Shown: positions 42,583-56,100 of the stretch, piece by piece
Numbering within the stretch: position 1 is the first letter of the stretch
Layout of the letters: every line of letters starts with the position of its first letter
Assembly: GCA_002245135.1 (NCBI GenBank)
Contig: NGBS01000876.1
Location: 124,001-188,000, forward strand
DNA from: Proteromonas lacertae
Taxonomy: Eukaryota
Length of the DNA: 64,000 nt
Direction of reading: 5' to 3'
Position numbers and translations under genes: made by a program
The notes under the pieces: generated by a model
What the model saw: the letters and a program-made list of their open reading frames with translations, nothing else
The model's database searches: none
Told to the model about the DNA's origin: nothing

Positions 42583-44834
42583 ATAGTAATATATGTGTTT
42601 GGAGGGATAAATGGTTATATTTCAATGAATTATGTGGTATGGTAATAAGAAAAGGAACAAGTGAAGTGAATGACAATGATTGGTTTATAATGCCAAGAGA
42701 AGATGATAGTTGGACGTATATATATATATATATTATTTATATTTATAGTATAAAATATATAAATTTTGTTTATAATACTCAATTACAGAATGAACTTTTA
42801 GCAAAAGAACAACAATATGAATTAGAAAAACAACAAATGGAAAAAGATCTTAAAGAATTAATAGAAAAAGTGAAAAGATTAATGTTAAAGTTTCCATTTG
42901 GAAGAACCAATACGTTTGAAAGAAGTTTAGATGTTGGTAGATTGTTATTTGCTATTAGTGATTCAACTGATTTTTTAGATACATGGATTAATGTATATAT
43001 ATATATATATATATAATTATATAATTTTGTTGTTATAATAGTGGTTGGCAAGAAGTCCAAAATGGGAAATTGATATTAAAGCAAATGGTTTTACTATTGA
43101 AGATTTAAGAGAGTTATGTTTTGAAGAATGGTGGAAATTTAATGATATAAAACCAAACTTACCAACAGGTCCACAAGCTTATCAAACCTTATTGAAATGG
43201 AGTAAAGAAGATCAATTAGTGGATAATTTAATAGAGTTAAGGAAAAAAGAAAGAGAAAAGAGATTATACAGTGATATACCTGAATTATATTGTAATGTAT
43301 TTTAATTTACTATTATTATGTATATAAATATATAGAAAATTGGAACAAATACAGCTGAAATCTGTTGGTCATATCCAATCAATGTAAAAGTAGAAGAAGA
43401 TAAGCCAATCTGTTGGTTATTGGAGCTTATAGAGAATAAAAGATATATACCACTCTTCAATGGTTATGACACTATATATTATATGAATGATTTAAAACCA
43501 AATACACAATATTATCTTCGAATATGTGGTGTTGATATGGAGAATAAATATAGAACAAAATATGGAAGAATGACTATTTGTACATTGCCATTACCACCTT
43601 CTAAACCTGTAATATCAAAATTCTATATAACAAAAGAACATAAATTAGCTGAAGTTAGTTGGAGAAGTAATGATACAGGTTATTCATTATATCAACTACA
43701 AATGAGATGTAATGATGAAGAAGGATGGAAAATAATATATGAACATCATACGCCTAAAACAAATATATATAATTTAGTACCAGATACAAAGTATATATTA
43801 TTATTATTATTATTATTTGAATAGTATACTGTTAAGAGTTAGAGCCAAGAATATTCAAAATGAATATGGTGACTTTAGTGAAACAGCAATGGTTCATATT
43901 CCATTAGAAACTCCTGATCCTCCAATAGCTATTGATATTCGTCATAATAGTGTATTAATTGAGTGGAAAGTACCATTTCTATCTTCACTTACATTTGCTC
44001 AAGATGATTGGTTAGAATTAGTGAAAAGAAAAGAGAAATGTTGTAAAATATTGTACAATTTGTGGAGAAAGAAACAATTAGAAAGAGAAATGAATGCAAT
44101 GAATCAATGGTTAGATTATATCAATAACAAATCAAATAAAGACAAAATGAAAATATTATCACAAAGTCAGAACAACGGAAAAGAGTGGATTCCTCATTAT
44201 ATAAAGATATCCAACAGAGAAGTAGAATGTTTTTATGTAAATAAAATAACGAAAGAAAGAAGATGGGCTAGAAATAGATACACTGATAATTGGAAATATG
44301 ATGAATGTCCACAGCATTGGTATGATCCAGTAACAAAGAAATGCTATTTATGGGATCGAAATGAACCATCTCACCGTGAATGGGCTGTAGGATGTTCAAT
44401 GATGAATAGTTCATTGGAAAATGATAAGCCAATAGAATTGATTCATCCAAATCACATTAAACCACCATTTCCTGAAGAAAATGATAATGATGATTTTGAT
44501 AAATCTTATAATAATAAATGTAAAGATAATAAATATGATGTATTTCTTCCTGATGGATTTATATTGGTTAATGGTGTGATTCAACAGAATAAAACCCTTG
44601 TGAAGAGTATAATTGAATATAAAGAAGGAAGAACAGGTAAATATAAAAAATGTTACAAAGGAAGTGGAAGTGGTGTATTTATAAAAGATTTAAGAGCAAA
44701 TACATTATACAAGTATATTTATCAGGTTATAATTTATTAGATTTCGATTAAGATACTACGATCCTGTTAGTGGTGTGTATAGCATGTTTAGTAAACCACT
44801 GTGTATAGAAACTCCTGATTATCCTATTCCATAA
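39096..44834 (+). CDS. Large multi-exon protein: acidic/Pro-rich disordered N-terminus, two PriCT-2-like segments, fibronectin type III repeats and WW-like motifs
   Basis: FN3 motifs MNDLKPNTQYYLRI, YNLVPDTKY..RVRAKN..YGDFS and DLRANTLY. WW-like FYVNKITKERRW and HWYDPVTKKCYLWD. Short GT-AG introns link the ORFs. Stop at 44832-44834. Confidence 0.6.
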
Positions 44835-45066
44835 CTTGAATAATTAATGATTTATTGTTTATAATTTGTAGAATATATACAGTTTTATTCAAATATAGAT
44901 TCAGCTTATTAATTATAATGATTATTTCCTTTCAGTAAAACCTATCTGTCGTAGGTTTTTAAAATTGCGCAAACCGACATTGACATTTAGTAACTATTAA
45001 CTGACCTCTTTTGTATTATGTGTTTCTAATCATAAACTCATGAACATAAACAAAATATAAACCTAT

Positions 45067-46393
45067 ATATTTCGATTTTATTAGAATGATTAAAAAAGTG
45101 TTAATAAGTGTTTTTAAGCTATGTTAGTTAAAAATTACTTCAAAAGGATTGAAATTGATATTTTAAATACTATGATAATTTGTTACTGTGATATTAATTT
45201 CATTTAATAATAAATTAGTATTAGAAAAGAAGAGAATATGAGATTATATGATTTATACTTCACAACACTATAAGAATTTAATGAATTAGAATGTGATTAG
45301 AGAAGTGTATTATCAATATAGATAATAAGAAATTGTTATTCAATGAAGATAATAATATCAATAAAACAAAAGAAAATATTAATATATATTATTATAGTTT
45401 ATATGAAGAATATAAATACATGATAAAAGAATGAATAAATGATAAAATATTGATAGTATAATTGTGTAGTATTTGAATAGATATTCAAGATAAAATGATA
45501 AAATCGTATAATATAACCAATATACTTATATAATATAATAATTAAAATTTAGTTTATTTTCTTTCTTTTTTTCGTATGAACATTCCATCCTCTTTGACAT
45601 ATAAATTGTTCTTTTTGTAGAGATATTATTTATATAGTTTAAAGTAGCATCATCTTGAATTATTTTATATCCTTCCTCAGAATTACTTATGAATAAATAT
45701 ATTGCTGTTATTATTATTTCTGATGCTTCTTTTTCAATATTGATATAATCTTTTGCTATGAATTTTTTAAATTCATTTTCTGCTATTTTATCATATATAT
45801 AATTTATTAGTGATTGGTATATTTCTGTTATTGTATCATCTTTAATACTTTGTAACATAGATGACAAATTCTTCTTCATCAATGTTTATGTTTTCATAAT
45901 TAATGATGTTATTATATACCTCTTTTTTATTTAAATTTTTTTCTGTACTATCTACTACTTCTGTTGGATAATGAATTTTACTGAAATAACAATCTGTAAT
46001 TGGTATACTACTAAAAAAGTAACTTTTAAAACATTCGTTGCATATTAATTTATAAGTATCCACTGTAATAATATATATTAATATTTTCTTTTGTTTTATT
46101 GATATTATTATCTTCATTGAATAACAATTTCTTATTATCTATATTGATAATACACTTCTCTAATCACATTCTAATTCATTAAATTCTTATAGTGTTGTGA
46201 AGTATAAATCATATAATCTCATATTCTCTTCTTTTCTAATACTAATTTATTATTAAATGAAATTAATATCACAGTAACAAATTATCATAGTATTTAAAAT
46301 ATCAATTTCAATCCTTTTGAAGTAATTTTTAACTAACATAGCTTAAAAACACTTATTAACACTTTTTTAATCATTCTAATAAAATCGAAATAT
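45067..46393. repeat. 328-bp inverted repeat (arms 45067-45394 and 46066-46393) with a 671-bp spacer
   Basis: The arms read as exact reverse complements by eye (ATATTTCGATTTTATTAGAATG... and ...CATTCTAATAAAATCGAAATAT). No clear target-site duplication. Confidence 0.92.
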
Positions 46394-47370
46394 TCAGTTA
46401 TAGCTTCTTAACTTTAAATCAATTATGCAACATCCTTATATAGCAATAAACTATAAAATATTATCATAATAATCTAATGGCTATTAGAATAAGTAATTAA
46501 GTTTATTACTAGAGTTGTTGTTACTGTTATTTTTCTTTCCTTTGCTAAATAACTAAAAGCCAGTGGGTGTGTCAGATTCACCATTTAAATTCCAATAAAT
46601 CTTCTTCTCAAACATCTTTCCTAATTCTGCTACAATTCTCGATGTTTATCATCAACATTGTTAGTTTATTACTTCATCTACATATTCAATTTAATTGAAA
46701 CAACCAAAAACATTATTCTCTTTCATATTTTAATTAAATTATCCATAATGACTAGCACCACTGTGTCTTTGTATATTAATCATAAAACCACATAATAATA
46801 TTTCTTATTCATCTATTGAATAAGGAGCTTAAAAAATAAATAATTTAAAATCATTCAAACTTGAGGTTTGCTTTGTGAAAATGTTTTGTTTATTTTTTCA
46901 TTAAATAAACAAACATATATTTATGAAAATAATTGGAGGTCCTAAATTACAGATATTATGAACTTTTGTTTGGATCTCAATTTTAAAACTAATGTCAAAA
47001 TGAATTAATCATAAGTAAACGAAATTCACAGATAGTTTCAGAAACTCTTAATTACTTATCTATATCTAGAAGAAATTTTATATAAAGGCTGTAACACCAC
47101 TAGAAATAGGGTGTTAAAAATTTGAACAGCCGTTCTAAAAAAATGTCCTCATTTCATATACTCTACAACTTTATCTTTTCTTAGAGAAAATGAAGGTATT
47201 TTATCTTTTCTCATGCACTACAATATAAATTTAAAAATAATACGAATTTAGATTATATTTAGCTAATGAAATACAAAATGTAGAATATTTATATTAGCTA
47301 ATCATCTTTATATTGATTTTTTGATTTAATTGTAGTAATAAAAATATATCCGTTTCAAAGTCATTCAAAA

Positions 47371-48083
47371 ATGCCAAAATCAAAAAGAGCAAAACTAGGT
47401 ATTTATACTCATCAATATAATTTGCAATAGTTAGTCTAACACAAACCAAGTCAAAAGGAAAGGAGCATAAGGAAGAATTGGTTGGAAATGTCCGAGATTC
47501 ATGTCAAGCATATTCTACAATCATGATAATATCCTATTTGAATATGAGGACGAACTTATTAAAAAATATGAGAATAGAATTGAAGGATAGCAGGTATATA
47601 TTTAATTTCTTATTTACTAGATTTTTCCTTGGTAATAATAAAGTAATGCAAGTAGCATTAGGTAGAAAACCAGAAGAAGAAGTATTACCAAACATATCAC
47701 AATTCTCAAAATTATTAGAAGGACATACATGTTTGCTATTCACAAACAGTTCAATAGAAGAAATATTGAAATATTTTAAAGATCACATAACAATGGACTA
47801 TGCAAGAGCTGGATTTGTCACAGAAGAGACAATATCTGTACAACAAGGAGAGTTGAAGTTTCCGCACAACATGGTAGAGACACTACGTAAATTAGGAATG
47901 CCTGTTGATTTAAAAGCCGGAAAAGTAACACTAACATCTGATTATACAATTTGTACTAAAGGTCAAACTTTAACACCAGAGCAGTGTAGATTATTGAAAT
48001 ATTTTGAACATAAAATATCACCATTTGAGTTAAAGCCATTGGCTTACTACAAAGATAATAAAATGACCACAATTAAAAGCTAA
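47371..48083 (+). CDS. MRT4: mRNA turnover protein 4 / ribosome assembly factor (uL10 paralog), 3 exons
   Basis: MPKSKRAKL|VSLTQTKSKG, RFFLGNNKVMQVALG, DYARAGFV, LRKLGMP, LTPEQCRLLK. Introns 47399-47430 and 47594-47620. Confidence 0.93.
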
Positions 48084-48230
48084 GTGTATGTAATGTTCTA
48101 ATTTTTTCTTCTATCCATTTAATACTAATTAATAATATCTATTGTTGTTGTTATTACAATTATTTGTTTAAGAAAATATTTATGAATAATAATCCCTTCA
48201 AAAAAAAGAATAATCAAAATATAAAATTAC

Positions 48231-49200
48231 CTAAACACATGTTGTTGCTTTTCCAACTACATTCCCACAGTTATAGCAATAATGTACTCTAGAATTAATA
48301 ATATATACATTCAAATATACGGTGTTTTAAATCGAGGAATACATAGTAGAATAAATGCAATAATTGAGAAGAAAAACATCACAATAATAGTGATAAGAAT
48401 CAACAACCATCCAGGTCTGTATTTAATATCTGTAGGACCAATACAATGACAATAAGGACATTCAACAACAACTGGACTATTCATATATATAATATATATA
48501 TACGTATTTCCAAATAAGCAAGATGGAATAACAGAACCATTTAATTGAACGAAATCACCTTGTTGAAAATGAATGACTTGAGTTTGACTTTGAATAGAAG
48601 ATGAAGATGATATTCCACTATTTGATATATCAAAAGTTTTAGGGATGTTTGAATTATTACTGTTCAAACTATTCACACTATTTACACTGTTATTTAAATA
48701 AACACCTGGTTGTAGACTACCACCACTATTATTGGAACTACTACTTGAATGAAGACTATTATAATTCTTATTGGAAAATGCACTGCTGTTTAAACTATTT
48801 GCATAACTTGGAGGAAGATTAACATCATATGCACTGGTATAAACATTTGGTAGATTATAGTTTGGATAGGCAGGTGGTTGATTATCACTTAAATTAACAC
48901 CCAGTTCAACATCTTTGTCAGTAATATTGCTTGAATAAAGACTAGCATCGTGATTGCTTGAGTAGAGATTAGGCAAATAAGCATTTGACTGTACATTGGC
49001 AGTACCATTATTTGAACTAATGATATTATGATAATTATTTGAATAAACAAGAGACTGGTTATTATTTGCATAAATATCAGGTTGGATTTCATTATCTAAC
49101 AGGTTTTGATTAATGCTATAATCAACTGGATGAATGTATTTTTCATATGAATCTATGAGTAGAAATAACACAATATACCTTCAGGCATATGAACTTTCAT
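48231..49200 (-). CDS. LITAF-domain (zinc ribbon) membrane protein with Ser/Asn-rich N-terminus and PPxY motifs
   Basis: CPYC, a hydrophobic segment, then HYCYNCG after splicing. PPAY and PPSY motifs. ATG at 49200, first intron 49153-49178. Confidence 0.8.
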
Positions 49201-49403
49201 TTTGATTTTTTGAAACGAATATATTTTATTAAACAATAATGTTTAAACATTACACACTTACTACTTTATATTATGCCAACATTAATTGCTCAAAACTATT
49301 TACATGTATTATTCGTTAAAATTATACTATAGCAGTAACATTACAGAGTGATTATTTATAAAACACAACTATATATAATAAAAAAGTGATTTTAAGATTA
49401 GTG

Positions 49404-49815
49404 TTACTTAGCTTGTGGATGAGATGCAACAAAATCAATAGCATCCTTGACACGAATGATTTTTTCAGCAACATCATCAGGAATTTCAATACAAAATTCT
49501 TCTTCAATAGCCATAAGTAATTCAACTGCGTTTAAGGAATCTAAACCAAGATCATTAACAAAGTGGGCATCTTTTGTTACCTATATTTATCAGTATAACA
49601 GAAAAAAATACAAGCTTTGGGTTGACTGCATCAAAATGGGTTACAACATCAACAACTCTTTTTTCTACATCTTCTCTGGGTAAGAATGACTACGAACACT
49701 AATTAAATACACGATATACTTGAGTGGCTGCAAATGCTCTAGCAAATACAGTTGGACGCATAACTGGTCTAGCGAGAGAAGGTAAACGCATGGCAATTCT
49801 TCCAAGAAAACTCAT
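49404..49815 (-). CDS. Mitochondrial-type acyl carrier protein (NDUFAB1/ACP1-like), 3 exons; missed by the ORF track
   Basis: Arg-rich presequence [29 protein letters not shown], then [36 protein letters not shown] with the phosphopantetheine Ser (DSL). Two ~30-nt introns. Confidence 0.93.
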
Positions 49816-50192
49816 TTCGATTTAAAAAATAAAAAAGAATTTTAGATGCTGAAAACTGAAACGATCAAATTTTCATCTTATTTTTGGAATTAATAGAGAT
49901 TGCTGTACTCAAATTAGCATTGTTAATATTATCTACTAAGAAAGAAAAGCCAAGCAAAAGTGAATAAAAACTATATATTGTTAAGTTTGAAGAAGAAATT
50001 ATATTGTAATTATATTTCAAAAATGTGTTGATATAAGAAAACTTGATTGTATTCACTACAGTCTGAAGTTTAATAACTTCATTCTCTGTTTATTTCAACG
50101 ATTTAATTTTTAATAAAGCTTGGTTTGATGAATCGGTTATTAAACTTGACAAACATTCGTTTGATTTAAATTGCTATTTATTGCATTAACTA

Positions 50193-53100
50193 ATGAATAA
50201 GATAGCATTTATATCGTTTTATTTGTTTATAAATTGTATTTTTTGTTATAAAATTGGGTATTTATATGAACAGAATAAACCAGAAGTAAATATTTTGGAA
50301 TTGGATACAGATTATAATAATTACTTAAATACTGCTAATCCAGATAAAGTTCAAATAGAAATCGTAGGACATGAATATGATGGAAGTGAAAATTCTATTA
50401 AAGAGAGTTTAAAATTCTTTCATGATGAATCTATCACTGTAATATATGTGTATTGCACTGAGAATATTTATAAAACAAATGAGACGGTGTTGCAGAGTTA
50501 TGGAATTTTATTTTGGTGTTTAAATCCATTAGGAACAGGAGAATGTAGAAGATCAATAGTAGCAGGATCTTCATATGCTGCAACAATTGAATCATGTATA
50601 ATAATTATTCTATATATATATATATTTTTTTTTTTTTTAATTAGTATCTGCATTATTGATTTACTATGGAAAGCCAAATTTAATATTCTTAGGATATTCT
50701 GAGCAGTTAATAGATGATTATTATGAGAGTCACATATTCGAAATGGTTAAACAATATGGTTTAAACATTGCATTAAATGAAAGAATTAATGATGCAAATA
50801 AAACAGATTTTGATAATTACATTGATACATATGTATTTAAACAGGAATATGTAGATGAAGGTATGTTTATATTAACCAGTATCAATGATATTACATTAAT
50901 TAATAAATTAATTGCTAAAAGAAACAATAATCATGATGTAGAAATCATTTTGATGACTGGAAGTGTTACTCAAAAAGACATTAAAGATAGTATTGTTTTA
51001 GATGATTATTTTGTGTATTATATGACTAATTATTGGCCAGGAGTTGCTCCTAATAACCCAGATGATTATTATAATGATCATTACACTACTGCTGCTGGTA
51101 ATACAAACACTGCTATTTCAGATGTTAAACCAGAAATTGCTGTTATTTCGTATAATTATATTATTATTTATGTATAGAATGGGTATTTTAGATATGCTTC
51201 ACCAAGTAACCAATCAAATCGATTCAAAAGATGTGTTTTCTTACATGTCTATATCTTATAACAATGAATTTGATTATCCAGGAGGGAAAATAGTATTAAG
51301 TGAAACTCAATATTTGTCAACATCAATGTATATTGTTGAAATGCATAATGATGCTGGTAATAAAAAATATTCACAATATTCTCCAATTGGAATGAATATT
51401 AAAAGTCAACCGATGGAAGTTTATGGTGTTATTCCACTGCAAGAATGTTCATTTATATCTAATCCAATTGATGGCTTAGTTGATAATGATATAATTACTG
51501 TTCTATTGATTAATAATATTCATAATTCAATGAAATATAGAGGAATTCATACAAGATTGGCATTTAAACAATTGATTTCTTATATTAATAATAATGAAGG
51601 TGGATTATTAGATAAACAGATTTATGCATTGTTTTTGGATGATGATGATAATAATATGTTAGAAAAAGTATAAATTTCTTCATAATTCTATGTTTTTTTC
51701 TTTTCTTTTATAGTTGAAGAATATGATTGAACAATATTCTCTATCGGCAATATTTATATCTTCAGAAAATGATATTAGAAACACAATTATTAACTGTGAT
51801 GGAATAAAAAATAATAATAACATCATGTTCTTTGATATTGAACCAAATGAAGGTGAAAACTGTAATCATGATATTATATTTGTATCTATATTTATATATT
51901 ATATATTATATATTATATAGGGTAATATGATGAATAATAATTTCGCACATGAAGCACTTCGTTATTTTCAAAAGACTAATGTTGATAGTGTTTTCTTAGT
52001 TGGTTCAATAGAAACATTTGGAAAGAACACAAAGAAGATATTAAATGATTTATTCATAAAGAATGGAATGAAGATAATAGGTAACTATGATATGACTAAA
52101 ACGAATGATTCATCTTATTTAATTCAGACTTTAGAGTATTATGCTGGTAATTATACGAATGGAATGTATGTGCTTATAACTGCAGAACAGAAGTACAATG
52201 ATAATATATTTAAAGCACTAAAAGCTGCTAATTTTACAAAAACAAATGGTTGGTATATAATGTCAGTTACGTTGGATGATATTCAAATACATGAAATTGG
52301 AGGAGAATATGTATTAATTTTGATATATATATGTATATATATTAATAGTTAAGTGGTTATATGTATTTGGCTCACTATTTTGATTCAATGAAAAATTCAC
52401 TTTTAGAAGGAATAAAACTTTCAATAAAAGAACAGACAGGTGTAGATGAAAAGCCAATATCCAATCATATTGCAGTATTATGGAATATGATGAATGTCTG
52501 GAAAGAAGTATATTTTATTTATTTATTTTATTTATTTAAATTAGTCTGTTGATTTATGTAGAAACTCAACTCCAGCAGCTTATAAAGAATTTATCTATCA
52601 TCATCCGCTTTCTATTAGTCCTGGAGGTGTTTATACTGTTAATTATAATGGTTATACTGATTTCATGGCAAGAGAAGCAATAATTACATATAATCCTACA
52701 TCAAAAGAAATAGGTAATATTATAGTATATGAAACTTCATTTACACAGTCATCCAATATATTTTCAAATAATTCAATCACTTGCAGTTGGAAAGATCCAA
52801 GTAATCCAATAAAACCCATACATAATTACAAGATTGGTATATTATTTGATATTCAAACTACACAAGGATTTATTCATTACGAAAATGTGCAAATGATGGC
52901 TGAAATACTGAATGAAGAAGGAGGTATAAATGGTGTAAATGTTGAATTAATCACTCCCAATACATCAATGAGTAATTATTTAGAGAATATAACAGCAATA
53001 ATTGAAGAAATGAATAGTGATCCTGATTTAATTGCATTTATTGGTACATCTTCACCAGAAGAAAGAGAATTAGTAAATCCAATATTAAAGGATATTGATA

Positions 53101-56100
53101 AATTATTATATGTGTTTCTAAGAGGAGAAGGTGAAGTTAGTTACTCTAATATTGTATTTATGAATACTATTCCATCTCAATTAATTGAATATCCATTTAC
53201 TGTTATTGCAGGTAGATCTATTGGAGCTAATAAGATATTATTATATGATGAAAATATACCATTTTCTAATGCAAGTTATGTTTATCTCAAAGCATTAGCT
53301 GCTCAATTGAATGTTCAATTTTCTGAGACAATAAAAGTAACTGATACTACAGATTATGATGTTTTAGTTGATGGTTGGAAGAGTGGTACATGCAAAGATA
53401 ATAAATGTTATATATTATTGTTAATTAAACAAAATACTGAGAAACTATTCAACTCTTTTTATACTAAAATGGATGCTGATAAACATAAAATTGTAACATT
53501 TGATATGATCAAAAGTGATATTAATGATGTAGCTAATCCATTAGTTCTAGATAAACATTATTATATCAGTAGTTATTTATCAACCAGTAAACTTGCTGCA
53601 AATACAATCATTACAGATTTAGTGAAGAAATATAAAGGAGAACCTTCTAAACTGTTAAACGAAGAAACTGTAAGTGTGTATAATATTTTAAATACATTAG
53701 TGTCTGTATATGAGGAGATTGATGTGAAATCATCAGCAGATAACGTGAAATTGGTATTATATGCTACAAATATTGATTCACCACAAGGAACAATGAAAAT
53801 AAATGAGAATAATATTGCTTATTCATACAGTAGTATTATTTTATTGGATGATAAGAGAGGTGGTAGTACTTATTCAATTTATCCATTATCAATTGAACCA
53901 GTTGTTTATTCTTCATTAGTATATTATCATATATTATTTTTTAATTATTTATTTTTTCAATAGTTGAATGATAATGTTTATTATGAAGTAAATTATGCCT
54001 TAGGTCTTGTAAAAACTGAAGAACAAATCATTGGAGTTGCTTATATATTGGATCTATCATCAGAACAAGGTTATAATAACTATCTAATTGGTAAATATTA
54101 CATTGATAAGAATAACGCATTAGGAAGAATAAAGAATAGAAAAATAGTAAGTGAAATTCACAATTGTCCAAGTGATTCAGATAAAGCTGCTGGTTTAATA
54201 ATTAATTTACATCAAAGAGGATTTGATATTATCATAGGTGGATGTAATCCAACAGTTAGAAAATATATCAGAACATCAATTGAATCTTTAAACATGATAT
54301 TGATTTATACTGGAAATAACAATGGTAGAGAATGTTCTAAGAATATATTTTATGCTTCAAGTTCACCATCTCAACAAATATATAATTCTATTTTACACTT
54401 TTATTGGAAAGAAAATAGAGACTTTGTTTTTTTATATCAAAATAGAGATATTTGGTTGGATATGATTAATTTAGTTAAGACAATGTCAGTTGCTCATAAT
54501 TACAATATCAAATATGAAAAGGTATTATCATCTGGATTGACTAGTCAAATAATCACATTAATTATAGATGAAATAATGTCAATATATTCAGAGGGAATTC
54601 CTATCTTCATTATTGTAGAAGCTGATTATATTGATATGATAATGAAAGCTTCCAATAGTGGTGAAAAGAGAGATTTATTTCCAGTTTATGCTTTCCATCA
54701 AGATGGTGTTAAATATAGTAAAGGAACAGAGAATAATTATGTTTATACAGCCTATATTTCAGACGATACAAATAAAGAATTTGTGGATGAATTTCATACA
54801 TTAATGGGAAAGGACCAAGATCCAACTTATTTTGATGTATTATCAGCATCAGTAGTAATTTGGTTGTGTGAAACATTAGGAAATTCAAAATCACTTAGTA
54901 TAGATGATATTAGAAGTGAATTCTATAAAACAGAAACAGATACACCTTTAGGTAAAGTCATATCAAGAAAGTGCAATCATATTTCACAGAAACAAGTGTT
55001 TGGTGTAGTTGATGAAGATGGTATTATCAGATTGAATGAAATAATTGCACAATCAGCTCCAGGTGATCCTTGGAGAACAGATTCTGATTTTTATCCATAC
55101 ACATTATGTGATTGGTTATCTGAAACAAATCCAGGTGAAAAAGTAGTATTAGATACTTATTATATTGGTATTTTATTCCCTGATAAATCATATTATAAAA
55201 GAAACGCTTTATTAGTGAATCAAGCAATTAGAGCAACAACTGAAGCTATTGATTCTTATAGTAAAGACTTCTTATTATCTTCAATTATATTACCTTTAAC
55301 ATCGAATTATAGTAAAATACCTGAATTAGTGAAGAGTTATATGGATAAATATAATATATCTTTATTTGTAGGTGGTTGGGATACTGAATCAAGAAATGCG
55401 ATTGATTATGAAATGAAAGAAATCAACAGATTGTTAGTATATCCCTATAATTATGAAAGTAGAGAGTGCTTAAGTCATACTTTATATTTAGGAACACCGT
55501 TTTCATCTTATTATGTATTTGGCAATTGGATTTTAGACTATGATTCTTCATCTGTTATTATATTATATTCAAGTTCTACAACATCTAGAAAAATACATGA
55601 ATCTTTGTTAAGTCAATTTGAAGTATATTCAATAACTACAACTTATGAAGCTGAAATTCCCTTAGAAATTGATAATTTAGAACCAATCATCTCGTTAATT
55701 GGTAAAATATGTCCAGATGGTGCTTTGATAGTGAATTTAATGGAAGGAACTTCCAATGAATTATTATTCACGGCTTTAACAAGTTTGAAAATGAAACCAC
55801 CAACATATGTTACAATTAATTTTAATATAGATGCATTGATGTTGAATAAAGAGTATGTAGGTCATTATTATTGGTTTAATTCTGATACCGTAACTGATGA
55901 AGCTTTTATTAAGCAATATAATGATTTAAATACATATCACAAAGGTGTAATGGTGTCTGTAGTTGTTCAGTCAGGAATGTCTGTAGATATATTCTATAAG
56001 TGCATGAGAGATATTGCAGATCCATCCACTATGAAGATGTTACAATATTTCATTGATAATTCTATTGACACTTATACAGGAACAGTGAAATTTGAATTAA

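Noticed and set aside
45067..46393. Autonomous DNA transposon with long TIRs
   Set aside because: No target-site duplication is visible, the spacer ORFs (45526-46117) show no transposase motif, and the arms derive from a kinase gene remnant.
46394..47340. tRNA or other ncRNA in the long intergenic stretch, including a small AACACC...GGTGTT hairpin near 47093-47115
   Set aside because: No cloverleaf or box motifs were recognised, the hairpin is short enough to arise by chance, and part of the region looks like decayed coding sequence.
50146..50151. Bacterial sigma70 -35 box (TTGACA) implying bacterial contamination of the UrtA-like region
   Set aside because: The gene has spliceosomal introns, a eukaryotic 7TM domain and the same base composition as its neighbours. 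TTGACA also precedes clearly eukaryotic genes in the window.
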